A stretch of DNA of 57,080 bases, counting the filler, from Chlamydiales bacterium (lineage in GTDB: Bacteria > Chlamydiota > Chlamydiia > Chlamydiales > JACRBE01), in assembly GCA_016213235.1 (NCBI GenBank). It is 4 parts of 4 records of this genome, joined end to end, with 100 filler letters (N's around TTAATTAATTAA, not from the genome) between each part and the next. Parts side by side here need not be neighbours in the genome. Positions count along the whole stretch, not along the records: positions 5,968 to 28,652 come from JACRBE010000008.1; positions 28,753 to 48,835 come from JACRBE010000002.1; 2 more parts are not named here. One strand, 5' to 3'. The notes beneath the pieces were generated by a model. It was not told the DNA's origin. It saw nothing but the letters and a program-made list of their open reading frames with translations, and did no database searches. This document shows, piece after piece, positions 19,001-29,267 of the stretch. The stretch's first letter is position 1. The number at the start of each line of letters is the position of its first letter. The translations under genes and the position numbers were made by a program.

Positions 19001-19753
19001 TTACAATTTTTTAATTAGTTCTTTTACAAGGAGTTTGTAATCTTCTGCAGCACGAGAATCTGGAGAGATCTCAAATACTGGTTTACCATGTACAGAAGCT
19101 TCGGACACCTTAATATCTCGTCGAATTTTAGCATTTAATACTTTTCCTGGAAATGTACTTTCTATTACTTCTAGAAAAGCATCGTTACTTTTCCCCCGTA
19201 TATTCCAAAAAGATAAAGATACTCCGAGAATATCAAATGGATGTCTTATCGCTATTTGATTGATGAACAAGGAAAGTCTCTGTAGTCCTTTAATGCTATA
19301 AAATTCTGGTGTAGCACAAATAAGACATTTTGTTGCTGCAATTAATGCAGATTCTGTAAGCCAACTAAGAGAAGGTGGCGTATCAATAATAATGACATCA
19401 TAATCTAGTTTTTGAAGAATCGACTTTAATTTTTCATGAGAGTAGCGATCAGAGGCTAGTCTGTCTGTTACTTCTACTCGTTCCAGCCAAGTATCAGCAG
19501 GAATGAGATCCAAGTTTTTAATGCTTGTTTTTAAGATCACATCATTGATGGATTTATAATCTTGTAAAACCGGCGCTAAGCTATCATGACTATCTGGATC
19601 AAAACCTAGACCGGTTGTTAAATTTGCTTGAGCATCAAAATCAATAAGCAACACTTTTTTCTTATGAAATTTTGTAAGAGCAGCTCCTAAATGAAGAGTA
19701 GTGGAGGTTTTTGCAGTTCCTCCTTTAAAACTACTAACTGTGATTATCGCCAT
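19001..19753 (-). CDS. parA: ParA/MinD family ATPase (pGP5-like)
   Basis: FKGGTAKTS, LIDFDAQANLT, IIDTPPS. Confidence 0.92.
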   Translation of the reverse strand: MAIITVSSFKGGTAKTSTTLHLGAALTKFHKKKVLLIDFDAQANLTTGLGFDPDSHDSLAPVLQDYKSINDVILKTSIKNLDLIPADTWLERVEVTDRLASDRYSHEKLKSILQKLDYDVIIIDTPPSLSWLTESALIAATKCLICATPEFYSIKGLQRLSLFINQIAIRHPFDILGVSLSFWNIRGKSNDAFLEVIESTFPGKVLNAKIRRDIKVSEASVHGKPVFEISPDSRAAEDYKLLVKELIKKL

Positions 19754-21665
19754 GGACCAGCCTTGATGTTAAAGATCGATCATTCTTCTCTTGTAGCGTA
19801 AGCTGGATGAAAGTTTCAATATTCATTTCACCATGCACGATGTTATCGCGTGTTCGAACATTGATTGTTTTATTCTCAAGTTCTTTATCTCCAATCGTTA
19901 ACATGTAATTTACTTGATCTAGTTGGGCATTTCGTACTTTTTTGGAAACAGATTCACGATCTTCATCGATTTGGCACAGCAATTGATGAGAGAGAATTTG
20001 TTTTTGTAGTTCTTTTGCATAGTCTACATGCCTATCTGCAACAGGAATAATTCGAATTGGCATTGGATTTAGCCAAAATGGAAATTTTCCAGCAAAATGT
20101 TCAATTAAAATGGCAAAGAATCGTTCAATAGATCCAAAGATGGCGCGATGAATCATGATGGGTCTTTTTTCTTCTCCGTTATGATCGGTATAATACAAAT
20201 CGAACCGTTCTGGAAGGGCCATATCTAATTGAATTGTTCCACATTGCCAGGTTCTACCAATAGCGTCTCTAACGTGGCAATCTATTTTAGGACCATAAAA
20301 GGCTCCGTCGCCTTCATTAATTTTATAAGGAGTGCCCCAGCTATCAAGTGCGTTTTTTAATCCATTTGTTGCAACTTCCCACTCTTTATCTGTGCCAATT
20401 GTTTTGGATTTTTCAGGACGAGTGGAGAGTTCTAAATGATATTCAAGGCCAAATGTTTTATAAATAATATCTACTAGCTTTAAAACACTGACAATTTCTT
20501 CTGTGATTTGCTGTGGAGTCATGAATACGTGGGCATCGTCCTGGTGAAAGCTACGCACTCTAAAAAGCCCATTAACAGCTCCAGAAAATTCATGACGATG
20601 CACGTGTCCGATTTCAGCAACGCGCATTGGTAGTTCTCTATAACTATGTTTTTGTGATCCAAAATAAAGCATACAGCCAGGACAGTTCATAGGTTTAATG
20701 GCATATGTCTTTTCATCGATTTCGGACACATACATATTCTCTCTATAATGAGCCCAGTGACCGGAGCGTTGCCAAAGTTCTTGGCTCATCAATTGGGGTG
20801 TTTTAATTTCGATATATCCCGAGCTGGAATGTAAATTTCTCCAAAATTGCAAAAGGGCATTCCAAACAATCATCCCGTTAGGATGGATAAAGGGCATAGC
20901 AGGAGCTTCTTCTCTTAGGGAAAATAGGTTTAATTTTTTACCCCAAAGGCGATGGTCCCGTTTTTTTGCTTCTTCTAGTTGATCAAGATAGTCTTTTAAT
21001 AATTTACGATCAGGAAAAGAGATGGCATAAAGCCTGGTAAGCATTTCATTTTCGCTTTTTCCTCTCCAATAAGCTCCTGAGGTTTTTAAAATTTTAAAAG
21101 CTTTGATTTTGCCGAGCGAATATAAATGAGGGCCTCTACAAAGATCAAAAAACTCTCCTTGCTCATAGCCAGTTAATGGGCCTTCTTCAAAACCTTCAAT
21201 TAATTCTTTTTTATATTTGTTATTGCCAAATCTAAGCAAAGCCTCTTTTTTATCTTCAAAAAGATATCGTTTTGTTTTGTAATTTTCTGCGATAACTTTC
21301 TGAGCTTCTTTTTCTATTGCAGGAAAATCGTCTTCTGAAATTTCAAGGTTTGCAAAGTCATAGTAGAACCCATTTTCAATAGGGGGCCCAATGGTTGGCT
21401 CTGCTTTTGGATAAAGCCTGAGTATGGCTTGTGCAAGCACGTGAGCAGAGGTATGCCAAAACACCTCAGAGCCCTGTTTAGTATTAAAATCAAAGATTTC
21501 TACGATATCGCCATTTTTTAAGGGCTCGAAAAAATCTTTCATTGTTCCATTTATTTTAATAGCAGCAGCTTGATGCGGTTCTTTTAAGTTTAATTTTTGT
21601 GCTAAATCATAGCCGCAGCTATGTTCAGGCAATTCAATTTGTTTGCCTAGGTGTTGTATGAGCAT
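19734..21665 (-). CDS. thrS: Threonine--tRNA ligase
   Basis: TGS domain, DLCRGPH, KPMNCP, HQDDAH, GAFYGPK, IHRAIFGSIERF. Confidence 0.99.
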   Translation of the reverse strand: MLIQHLGKQIELPEHSCGYDLAQKLNLKEPHQAAAIKINGTMKDFFEPLKNGDIVEIFDFNTKQGSEVFWHTSAHVLAQAILRLYPKAEPTIGPPIENGFYYDFANLEISEDDFPAIEKEAQKVIAENYKTKRYLFEDKKEALLRFGNNKYKKELIEGFEEGPLTGYEQGEFFDLCRGPHLYSLGKIKAFKILKTSGAYWRGKSENEMLTRLYAISFPDRKLLKDYLDQLEEAKKRDHRLWGKKLNLFSLREEAPAMPFIHPNGMIVWNALLQFWRNLHSSSGYIEIKTPQLMSQELWQRSGHWAHYRENMYVSEIDEKTYAIKPMNCPGCMLYFGSQKHSYRELPMRVAEIGHVHRHEFSGAVNGLFRVRSFHQDDAHVFMTPQQITEEIVSVLKLVDIIYKTFGLEYHLELSTRPEKSKTIGTDKEWEVATNGLKNALDSWGTPYKINEGDGAFYGPKIDCHVRDAIGRTWQCGTIQLDMALPERFDLYYTDHNGEEKRPIMIHRAIFGSIERFFAILIEHFAGKFPFWLNPMPIRIIPVADRHVDYAKELQKQILSHQLLCQIDEDRESVSKKVRNAQLDQVNYMLTIGDKELENKTINVRTRDNIVHGEMNIETFIQLTLQEKNDRSLTSRLVHGDNHS

Positions 21666-21747
21666 TGCTTATTTCCTTCTTAATTGATTTATCTTAACAT
21701 AATAATCGCTTTTAGGATAAATCGCAAAATAGGTAGCAAAGATTTTT

Positions 21748-24342
21748 ATGGTAGATGTTAAAAAGCGCCTGCTCAAGGAAATTTTTAAAATAAAAAATAA
21801 CACATTATATCTGCGCCTTGCTGGCTTTAAGGATAGTGAAGGTTATTATTATCTTGCCATGAGTCGGATGATATCTCACTTTGTATTAGACGACAAAGGA
21901 AAGATCTTATTTTCAGATGCCGTAAAATGGGCATCATTATTTCCCAGTCAACTCTGTCATGAAAAAGAGTATTTGACTTCCTATCTTAACTTTTTTAAAG
22001 CCATAGAAAACAGCAAACAAATGCAAGCATTTTTTTCCAGAATACGGATGCCTATTGCAAGTAAATGGGTAGAAAAAGTTATTCAAATGTCTCTTTTTGA
22101 ATTTGATACAATCATTACAGACCTTCACCTAAAGCGAGCGGTTTTATCAGGATTGCTTTGTTGTATCCGCCAAAATATTGGTTCTTGTTTTGCTACTGCA
22201 ACAGCAATTTTTGTGCAGAATAATCAGATAGAGCTTCTGTTAAAAGATTTGTTAGATTTGATTTCTATGGGACAGCTCAAGAGAAGTGGCGAGCAAGAAA
22301 TTAGAATGCCGATGGGAATAGCAATTAGTCGTGGTGATTTAGGAAAATACATAGGAAATATAGAAAAACTATCATTTCATGTTGGTTGGATAGAGGCTCT
22401 TAGGCAAATTCAACTTATCGATCAGCAGTCGTCAATGGAAGAGAGCGTTAAAAGCTTTCGAACCATCATCGATCAAATAAACCCAATAGGACAAACGTTT
22501 GAGCAACTGATTGAAAAGGTGCTTTATTTAAAGCATAGAATAACGAAAGAGGAGTTTTTAAGCAGAAAAAACCAAAAGATGGGCTACGAGGTAGTTGCGT
22601 CGAAAAAGAAAAACATTCTTATAGATTATGAAAAAGACAATACAACAATAGAAAATATTTTATTAAACTTTTCTCAGCACGCCCTACTTAAAGGATGGGA
22701 ATATACTATTGCTTCCTTTGTAGATTATGAATCAAAAATTACAACGTCCAATTTAATTGTTGCGCTAGGGTTAAATCAAAGCGAGGAATTTGGTGTTGGG
22801 AAGATAGTATATGAGCACCTGCAACTACAATTAGATCAATCAAATACAAAAATTCAAGAACTTACAAATGAATTGATATTGCTGCAAGACAGATTAAAAA
22901 TGTCAGAGCGACTAATGGCAACGGTAGACTCTGAAGAAAAATATCGTAGGCTAAGAAATGAAATGGATCTGAATTTACATCGATTTTATACATATGAAAA
23001 AGATCGGGAAGAATTGATTGAAGACACAAAAAATTATTCTGAATTTTTTTCGTTTTTAATAGGGCAGTTACAATTTTTTTTCCCCTTATACTTTCAAGAA
23101 ATATACGATCCTAATTTACATGATAGGGAAAGTGTTTTTTATGAAGATAGCGCAGCAGGTTTTCGACTTGTATTTAAACATGGCAGAGCTGAACCCAGTG
23201 TATGGACGATTATTTCAAGTGAAGAAGAGTATGTGAAATGTTTAAAAGAATTTTTCTATTCTATAGAGAATTTAATACGAAACAATTGTGAGTGGGAAAA
23301 AGGAAAAGAAGAAATTAGAAGAGTAGTGGATATTACTATTGCTCTAATAGAAAAAAAAGAATTTTTACATCATGGATTAGATCGGACGATACAATTTCAG
23401 AAAAAATATGCAATAAGTAGAAAGATCATTAATCTTTGGTCGTATCTTGCAGGGGGAACGATTCATTCGTTATTAAAAGGTTATTTTGCGATAAGACACA
23501 AACTATCTGATATTACATATTTTCCAAAAGATCCCATGGAGCTTTGTATTGCATTAATAGATTTTATGAAAGAATGTCCGCTAAAACTATGCGAAGAGGT
23601 GCAAAAAAATCCCAAGAAGTGTTTTTTAATGTATTCTCCAACACATGTATTTTTATTTCATCCTGGCAACTCTTCTTTTTTTCCTGTTTGGGATAATTCA
23701 GCATTTACCTACACATGGCTTAGAGATCATTATATGCAAACCACCAAGGAATTTTATTCAAAGATTCTCTTAAGCGGGAGAGAGCAGCAATATTTGTATG
23801 ACTCTTTTTATAGGCAATATCGATATCCCGAAGAGGAAGCAAAGTTGACATCAGATGCTGTAGATATTTTTTCTTTTGCAAAAGAAAACCTTCCTTTTTC
23901 GCAAGCAGATGTAGCGCAATGTTATTATGAGCAGTTGCCTCTGATTGATAAAGCCGATTGCTTGGCTATCTTAAAAGAATTAAATGTTTCTATGGAAATA
24001 TCCCAAGAAATAATTAGTACTAAGGAGTTATTATTTCTTTTAACAGTTCATAGTGAATTAGAAGAAGAAAAATTAGTCTCTTATTTTATCAAACACAAAT
24101 TACTGCCTCTATCTCCTCTTATTTTTGCAGATAGTAACTGGGAAGAGACTAAATTTGCTTTTGTTTTAAATCCACTGACATTAGAGCTTGATTTTTGGAG
24201 AGTATCTACAAATGGACTTTATGGAAGATCTATGGCGGAGTGGAAAGGGGATTTTGGAATAAAAAAACCCCCAAATTGGGGGGTTTTTCAACAACCTCAA
24301 GAATGTTACTATTATCTTGAAGAGATTAAAATGCATAGATGA
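21748..24342 (+). CDS. Large hypothetical protein of chlamydial type with coiled coil and Q-x-x-G-S-C motif
   Basis: 864-aa ORF; RQNIGSCFATA, SPTHVF, FADSNW. Confidence 0.8.
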   Translation: MVDVKKRLLKEIFKIKNNTLYLRLAGFKDSEGYYYLAMSRMISHFVLDDKGKILFSDAVKWASLFPSQLCHEKEYLTSYLNFFKAIENSKQMQAFFSRIRMPIASKWVEKVIQMSLFEFDTIITDLHLKRAVLSGLLCCIRQNIGSCFATATAIFVQNNQIELLLKDLLDLISMGQLKRSGEQEIRMPMGIAISRGDLGKYIGNIEKLSFHVGWIEALRQIQLIDQQSSMEESVKSFRTIIDQINPIGQTFEQLIEKVLYLKHRITKEEFLSRKNQKMGYEVVASKKKNILIDYEKDNTTIENILLNFSQHALLKGWEYTIASFVDYESKITTSNLIVALGLNQSEEFGVGKIVYEHLQLQLDQSNTKIQELTNELILLQDRLKMSERLMATVDSEEKYRRLRNEMDLNLHRFYTYEKDREELIEDTKNYSEFFSFLIGQLQFFFPLYFQEIYDPNLHDRESVFYEDSAAGFRLVFKHGRAEPSVWTIISSEEEYVKCLKEFFYSIENLIRNNCEWEKGKEEIRRVVDITIALIEKKEFLHHGLDRTIQFQKKYAISRKIINLWSYLAGGTIHSLLKGYFAIRHKLSDITYFPKDPMELCIALIDFMKECPLKLCEEVQKNPKKCFLMYSPTHVFLFHPGNSSFFPVWDNSAFTYTWLRDHYMQTTKEFYSKILLSGREQQYLYDSFYRQYRYPEEEAKLTSDAVDIFSFAKENLPFSQADVAQCYYEQLPLIDKADCLAILKELNVSMEISQEIISTKELLFLLTVHSELEEEKLVSYFIKHKLLPLSPLIFADSNWEETKFAFVLNPLTLELDFWRVSTNGLYGRSMAEWKGDFGIKKPPNWGVFQQPQECYYYLEEIKMHR
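24261..24288 (-). terminator. Intrinsic terminator for the 24326-25555 gene, embedded in the opposite CDS
   Basis: AAAAACCCCC-aaattg-GGGGGTTTTT; 7 T on the minus strand, about 40 nt past the stop. Confidence 0.7.
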
Positions 24343-25555
24343 ATTCTACTTCATATAGGTTGTAATTGACTGCAGGACCGATGTTTTGATGTAGGTTAGT
24401 GGCGTGTTGAATGGTTTGATAAATAGTAAGGTTGTTGGTTAATAGATAAAGAATCTCAGCTGAAATACCTCGATAATTTCCTCTACCAACAACATTAGAT
24501 GGGCTTGTTTGTGGAGAGCCTGATCCATTTAAGTTGACGGTATAAAATCCAATACCACCGGCATTACCAAGCCCGATACCTCCTGCATCATAATCAGGTA
24601 CTGCTTGAGATGCAACAGCCTGATAGTTGAAATCGATAGACCAGTCGCCTTGTTGCCTTACTTTACCAATAGAAAGTCCGGCATATGCACCATAGTTAGA
24701 TTTGGTATTATTTGTAATTGGGAGTGGTTTTGCTTTATGATTAAGAAGTCCGGCAGCATAGAAAGTAACCATTTTATCGAGCCATTTTGGTACTAACTTA
24801 TAACCAAGAATGAATTGGGAAATGATGAATCTGAATCGGTTTTGTTGTACAGGATCCGTAAAATTTTTTGTATCCCAGTCAATGACAGAATATTTACTAT
24901 AAAGGCCGCTATTTTTAATATTCAAAAGTCCTAGCTCCATGATGTATCCATATTGAGCTACTTTTTCATTTACCAAGAAAGGTCCGCCATGTACGTATAA
25001 ATCACCGATTCCTTCACTTGCATAATCAAATTTTAAAACGATACCATCCATGAAGGATCCAAATTCGATTTTAGAATCAAATGTTGCGGCAAATCTATTT
25101 CTGCCTACTTCGCCGATGATATTAAATTTTTCTGTTTCGTACACTCTACCACCGAAAATAGCTCGCTCTACAGCAAGACTATCAAATACAGCAGTAACGT
25201 TTCCTGCATCATTATCGAATTCTAATTTAATGGAGGCCCAAGTACGTGGAGTGCGATAGTCGAGCATAAGGTTGACTTCAACATCATAGGTTGTAACAGG
25301 TCTATTGGGATTGGGGCTGCTAGGGCCACGCTGACTCATACCATTTTGTGTTTCGTGGATAGTTTGCATTTCAGCTCTTACTTCACCGCTAAGAGCAAGA
25401 TCCCCGCCTAATTGTTTAATCGTTACCTGTCGCTTGGTAGCGATCCATTCACGAAGAGCTTCCAAATCTATTTGATTAACGATCTGTGGTTGAAAGGTTT
25501 CTATAGCAAAAAGAGGAGTGATAAAAAGTAGCGGTAATAAGTAACGAAGTTTCAT
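24326..25555 (-). CDS. Conserved chlamydial outer-membrane beta-barrel protein (CT623/'CHLPN 76 kDa homolog'-like)
   Basis: Signal peptide from MKLRYLLPLLFITPLFA (ATG 25555 preferred over 25624); EVNLMLDY, FDSKIEF, C-terminal YAF. Confidence 0.75.
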   Translation of the reverse strand: MKLRYLLPLLFITPLFAIETFQPQIVNQIDLEALREWIATKRQVTIKQLGGDLALSGEVRAEMQTIHETQNGMSQRGPSSPNPNRPVTTYDVEVNLMLDYRTPRTWASIKLEFDNDAGNVTAVFDSLAVERAIFGGRVYETEKFNIIGEVGRNRFAATFDSKIEFGSFMDGIVLKFDYASEGIGDLYVHGGPFLVNEKVAQYGYIMELGLLNIKNSGLYSKYSVIDWDTKNFTDPVQQNRFRFIISQFILGYKLVPKWLDKMVTFYAAGLLNHKAKPLPITNNTKSNYGAYAGLSIGKVRQQGDWSIDFNYQAVASQAVPDYDAGGIGLGNAGGIGFYTVNLNGSGSPQTSPSNVVGRGNYRGISAEILYLLTNNLTIYQTIQHATNLHQNIGPAVNYNLYEVEFIYAF

Positions 25556-25664
25556 GCAATACCTAAAGTTATAAACGACAAATAAAATAGGTGGAATTTT
25601 AAGAAAGATAAGAAAAGATTGCAATAGTATTTTAAAGCAGAGGCTCTATGATGGTAGCATAAAA

Positions 25665-28652
25665 TTAGAAATCAACTTGCAATCTGGCATCAAATTGATT
25701 GGAATTATACTGCCCATCTAGCACAGCTTTGTAATCAAGTGATAAGGATACTCCCGCTTTAGTATCTAACGTAATGGATGCGCCAGGAGAGAGTAAGGAC
25801 CATATTTTACCATAGCTTCTTGTCGTAAATTGATCAGAAATACCCGACATGTTTGCAACATAGTTTCTTGAGTTTAATGTAGCGATATTTACATAACTAA
25901 AGAAAATAGCAGGCATAAGACAAGAGCCATTACCAAAGTAACGCGGCATAGAAAGATTAAGACCAAGTTCGCTACGAAGTAAGAGCATATTTTTATGTCT
26001 TACTTGTAGATTCAAAGCGTTTGCACCAGATTCCTGAAATCCTTGTTCAAAGAGTGCAAAGGCATCGATATTTGCAAAGGGCGTGAGACATAAATACTTT
26101 AACATAGCATTATAGTCGGCGCCAAGGTGTGCGCTTACTTCATAGCCTTTATGTTTATTTTTTGCTTTTAAATTAGTAGTTACAAAAATGATATTTCGCT
26201 GTTCACCAATAAAATCTATGGCGCCTCGGATAGCAGAATTTACAGAAAAGTGATGCAAGAAATAATCGAGATATATACCGGCAAAGTAGCTATTTGTAAG
26301 ACCTTTGCCAAAGTTTTGAGACCAGTGCATGCTAGCTACATCTAGACCAGCAGCAAGTCCTACAGCTAGTTTATTGTCAAAACAGCGGTCGCCGCCGACA
26401 GCAAATCCACCGATTGTAGCATGAAATTCTCTTAGTTGTTGTACAGGTCCTATCTTTAGAAATTGTGTAAATGGTTGTAGCCATAGGGAGTAAGTGCCGC
26501 AGCCACAGGAATCATTAGATTGTATACAACAAAACTCTTTTAAATGATGCGTGAAGATGGAATCCAAATAACTGCTGATGCTTTCCTGTGCAAGACCAAT
26601 AGCTCCAAGGTTAGCTGGATGAAGGCGATCTAGAGCCATACTTAAAGAAGGAGAGGCAAGTTCATCTAGCTCTACTACATAGTTAATTAATTGTTCACTC
26701 TCTTGAGTAATATTGTTTTCCAAATAGTCTGCAACGATATTTGGGTTATAACCAACAATATGCTTATCTGCAAAAAGTTTATTATTTAATACTTGTAGTT
26801 GCACTTCATTGGCTAAATAAATAAGAGCAAAATGTGCCGGAAGTGTAGATAAGTTATTATTAGCCCAATTTCCAGAAACGCCGCCACCAGCGGTAAGAAA
26901 CGTATAGGTGTCTCCTGCTATATGAGAACCTGTTACAGAAATAAAATCAACGGTTCCGTCTAAAGAAGCGGTTCCTGTTATGTCAAGAAGATCAATGAGT
27001 CCATGTGAACCAATTTCAATATCTAAAGTAGCTCCTCCGCCTTGTGTGTAATTTCCAAGAATATGAGTTGTTCCTATGGAGTTGCCAGGGCTAAAGATTC
27101 CATCATTGGTGAGGTTGTTTACAATACCTGTTCCTTTTAATGTAGCTCCAGATTCAATGATTGTATCGCCAAGTACTTTACCGTTTATAACAAGAGTTCC
27201 AGCGTCTACAAAGAAATGACCTGTGAAACTATCACTAATTCCTGTTAATGTTACGGTGCCAGATCCTTGTTTATGTATGTTGCCACTGCCAGAAAAAGTT
27301 CCTGATATAGTAGTGTTTGTGCTATTTCCAAAGAAAAGGTCTCTAGGGCCTATGAGAATGTCTCCTTTGGCAGATAGAGTTCCTATGGTTTGAGTCGCTG
27401 TGCTATCGGAAGTGTCTAAAGATGCTCCAGCAGATGGGATAGAAACGTGCTCTAAATCAGGAAGCACGCCAGTGCCTATAAGACTGATCTTGCCTTCTTT
27501 GATAGTGGTTCCTCCTGTATAGGTATTGTTTCCTGCAAGCTCAAGGATGCCTGGTCCAGTCTTGGTGAGTCTACCTGGGCCTATGATATTACCATTTTCA
27601 GTAAGGGTATTTGCAATAGTATCGATAGTAGCAGCGCCATCTAATGTAATGTTTTGAGCAGAAGCAAAAGTCGCTCCTGCTTTTAGGGTTGTGTCAGTCT
27701 TTAACGTAATGGCTTGAGAGCCAATATTATCATCACTAGAAATTTTTAAGGTCCCCTTATCAACAACAGTGCCGCCGGAGTAGAGATTTATTCCGGCAAG
27801 AGTAAGTTCACCTTTGCCTTTTTTAGTTAATTCGCCAGATCCTGAAATAACTCCAGCTAGTTTTGTGTCAAAGCCATTTGTATTAACAAAAAAAGATGTA
27901 CTAGTAACAATATCATTAGCGACATTAGTAAGAGAAGTGGTTGCTTTTAGGGTAGTGCCATTTGCAAAAGACGCTTGGTTTGTTCCCATGGCATTGTTGT
28001 TGCCAAGAGCAAGGATTCCAGTGTTGATGGTGGTGGTTCCGCTAAAACCAATGTTGTTGCCAGAAAGAGTAAGAGTTCCGCCATTTACTTTAACAAGGTT
28101 GCCAGCCCCTGAAACAACCCCGGAAGAAGTAAGGTCATAACTGTTTGTATCAAATGTAACATTTCCACTTGTTAGGCTTATAGGATTACTAACATTACTT
28201 AAATTAATGGTAGCTCGCAAGGTGGTGGTATCTGAAAAAGCAATACTTCCAGATCCGGCTCCATTGTTATTACCAAGAGCTAGAATTCCTGCACTGACAG
28301 TGGTATTTCCACTAAACGTGTTATTACCGGAAAGAGTAAGTGTTCCGCCACTTATTTTAGTAAGACCGCCTGATCCTGAAATAACACCACTGCAAGTAAG
28401 GTTGTTGCTGTTTGTATCAAAGGTGGCAGTCCCACTTGTTAAGCTAATGAGATTATCGACATTGCTTAACGTAGTAGCAGCCTGCAGTGTAGTTCCATTT
28501 GCTAAAGCAATGCTACCGGCGCCAGCTCCATTATTGTTGCCAAGTGCTAGTGTTCCTCCGCTGACGGAAGAGTTGCCGCTAAATGTATTATTGCCAGAAA
28601 GAGTAAGTGTGCCACCATTTGTTTTAATAAGACCACCTGATCCTGAAATAAG
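25665..28652 (-). CDS. Autotransporter with passenger-associated transport repeats (PATR); 5' end lost at contig edge
   Basis: Repeated GxLxKxGxGxLxLxGxNxY/FxGxT; SPGNSIG autochaperone region; beta-domain ending QVDF; frame stays open upstream of 28220 to the gap. Confidence 0.92.
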   Translation of the reverse strand, partial: LISGSGGLIKTNGGTLTLSGNNTFSGNSSVSGGTLALGNNNGAGAGSIALANGTTLQAATTLSNVDNLISLTSGTATFDTNSNNLTCSGVISGSGGLTKISGGTLTLSGNNTFSGNTTVSAGILALGNNNGAGSGSIAFSDTTTLRATINLSNVSNPISLTSGNVTFDTNSYDLTSSGVVSGAGNLVKVNGGTLTLSGNNIGFSGTTTINTGILALGNNNAMGTNQASFANGTTLKATTSLTNVANDIVTSTSFFVNTNGFDTKLAGVISGSGELTKKGKGELTLAGINLYSGGTVVDKGTLKISSDDNIGSQAITLKTDTTLKAGATFASAQNITLDGAATIDTIANTLTENGNIIGPGRLTKTGPGILELAGNNTYTGGTTIKEGKISLIGTGVLPDLEHVSIPSAGASLDTSDSTATQTIGTLSAKGDILIGPRDLFFGNSTNTTISGTFSGSGNIHKQGSGTVTLTGISDSFTGHFFVDAGTLVINGKVLGDTIIESGATLKGTGIVNNLTNDGIFSPGNSIGTTHILGNYTQGGGATLDIEIGSHGLIDLLDITGTASLDGTVDFISVTGSHIAGDTYTFLTAGGGVSGNWANNNLSTLPAHFALIYLANEVQLQVLNNKLFADKHIVGYNPNIVADYLENNITQESEQLINYVVELDELASPSLSMALDRLHPANLGAIGLAQESISSYLDSIFTHHLKEFCCIQSNDSCGCGTYSLWLQPFTQFLKIGPVQQLREFHATIGGFAVGGDRCFDNKLAVGLAAGLDVASMHWSQNFGKGLTNSYFAGIYLDYFLHHFSVNSAIRGAIDFIGEQRNIIFVTTNLKAKNKHKGYEVSAHLGADYNAMLKYLCLTPFANIDAFALFEQGFQESGANALNLQVRHKNMLLLRSELGLNLSMPRYFGNGSCLMPAIFFSYVNIATLNSRNYVANMSGISDQFTTRSYGKIWSLLSPGASITLDTKAGVSLSLDYKAVLDGQYNSNQFDARLQVDF

Positions 28653-28752
28653 NNNNNNNNNNNNNNNNNNNNNNNNNNNNNNNNNNNNNNNNNNNNTTAA
28701 TTAATTAANNNNNNNNNNNNNNNNNNNNNNNNNNNNNNNNNNNNNNNNNNNN
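28653..28752. other. Artificial contig-joining spacer
   Basis: N44-TTAATTAATTAA-N44. Confidence 0.98.
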
Positions 28753-28754
28753 AT

Positions 28755-29267
28755 ATTGGTGTTGATATCATTATGGGAAATATCGATGCAATCCATCAAA
28801 AAGATTTGATATCTCTTTTTATTGTTATGCTACTTGTTATTGGGACGATTCTTTTATTTTATAAAGAACTTTTTTTATCTACTTTTGACCCTGCTCTATC
28901 AAGAAGCTATGGTTTTTCCCCTGTTAAACTGAATTTTTTAGTCATGCTTCTTACTGCCATTGTTATCATTAATGGTTTTCGCTCTGTAGGACTAATTCTG
29001 ATTCTTAATCTCTTGATTGCTCCTGTTATTATTGCTAGAATTATCACAAGTGAATGGAAAAAATTGTTTATTATTGCTACAGCGCTTGGGGTCTGCATGA
29101 GCTTTATCTCTATTGCACTTTCTAGACATATGCTTAGTTTTCATGAGCTCGCACTCTCTACAAGTGGCATTGTAAGTACACTATACTTTATCATCTATTT
29201 CACCATGATATTACTTAAAAAATGGAATGTATTGCTTAAATGGAAAAGAAAAAAGTTATTATCTTAG
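28755..29267 (+). CDS. Mn/Zn/Fe ABC transporter permease (YtgD/TroD-like), C-terminal part
   Basis: FYKELFLSTFDP..S...G, FRSVGLIL; directly upstream of dxr as in chlamydiae. Confidence 0.88.
   Translation: MGVDIIMGNIDAIHQKDLISLFIVMLLVIGTILLFYKELFLSTFDPALSRSYGFSPVKLNFLVMLLTAIVIINGFRSVGLILILNLLIAPVIIARIITSEWKKLFIIATALGVCMSFISIALSRHMLSFHELALSTSGIVSTLYFIIYFTMILLKKWNVLLKWKRKKLLS

Noticed and set aside
18238..19753. parA/pGP6-D pair as an integrated plasmid
   Set aside because: Known chromosomal thrS-parA-CT583 arrangement in chlamydiae; no other plasmid genes or boundaries
27814..28704. Plus-strand ORFs of 108 and 165 aa
   Set aside because: Antisense shadows of the Gly/Thr/Asn-rich autotransporter repeats
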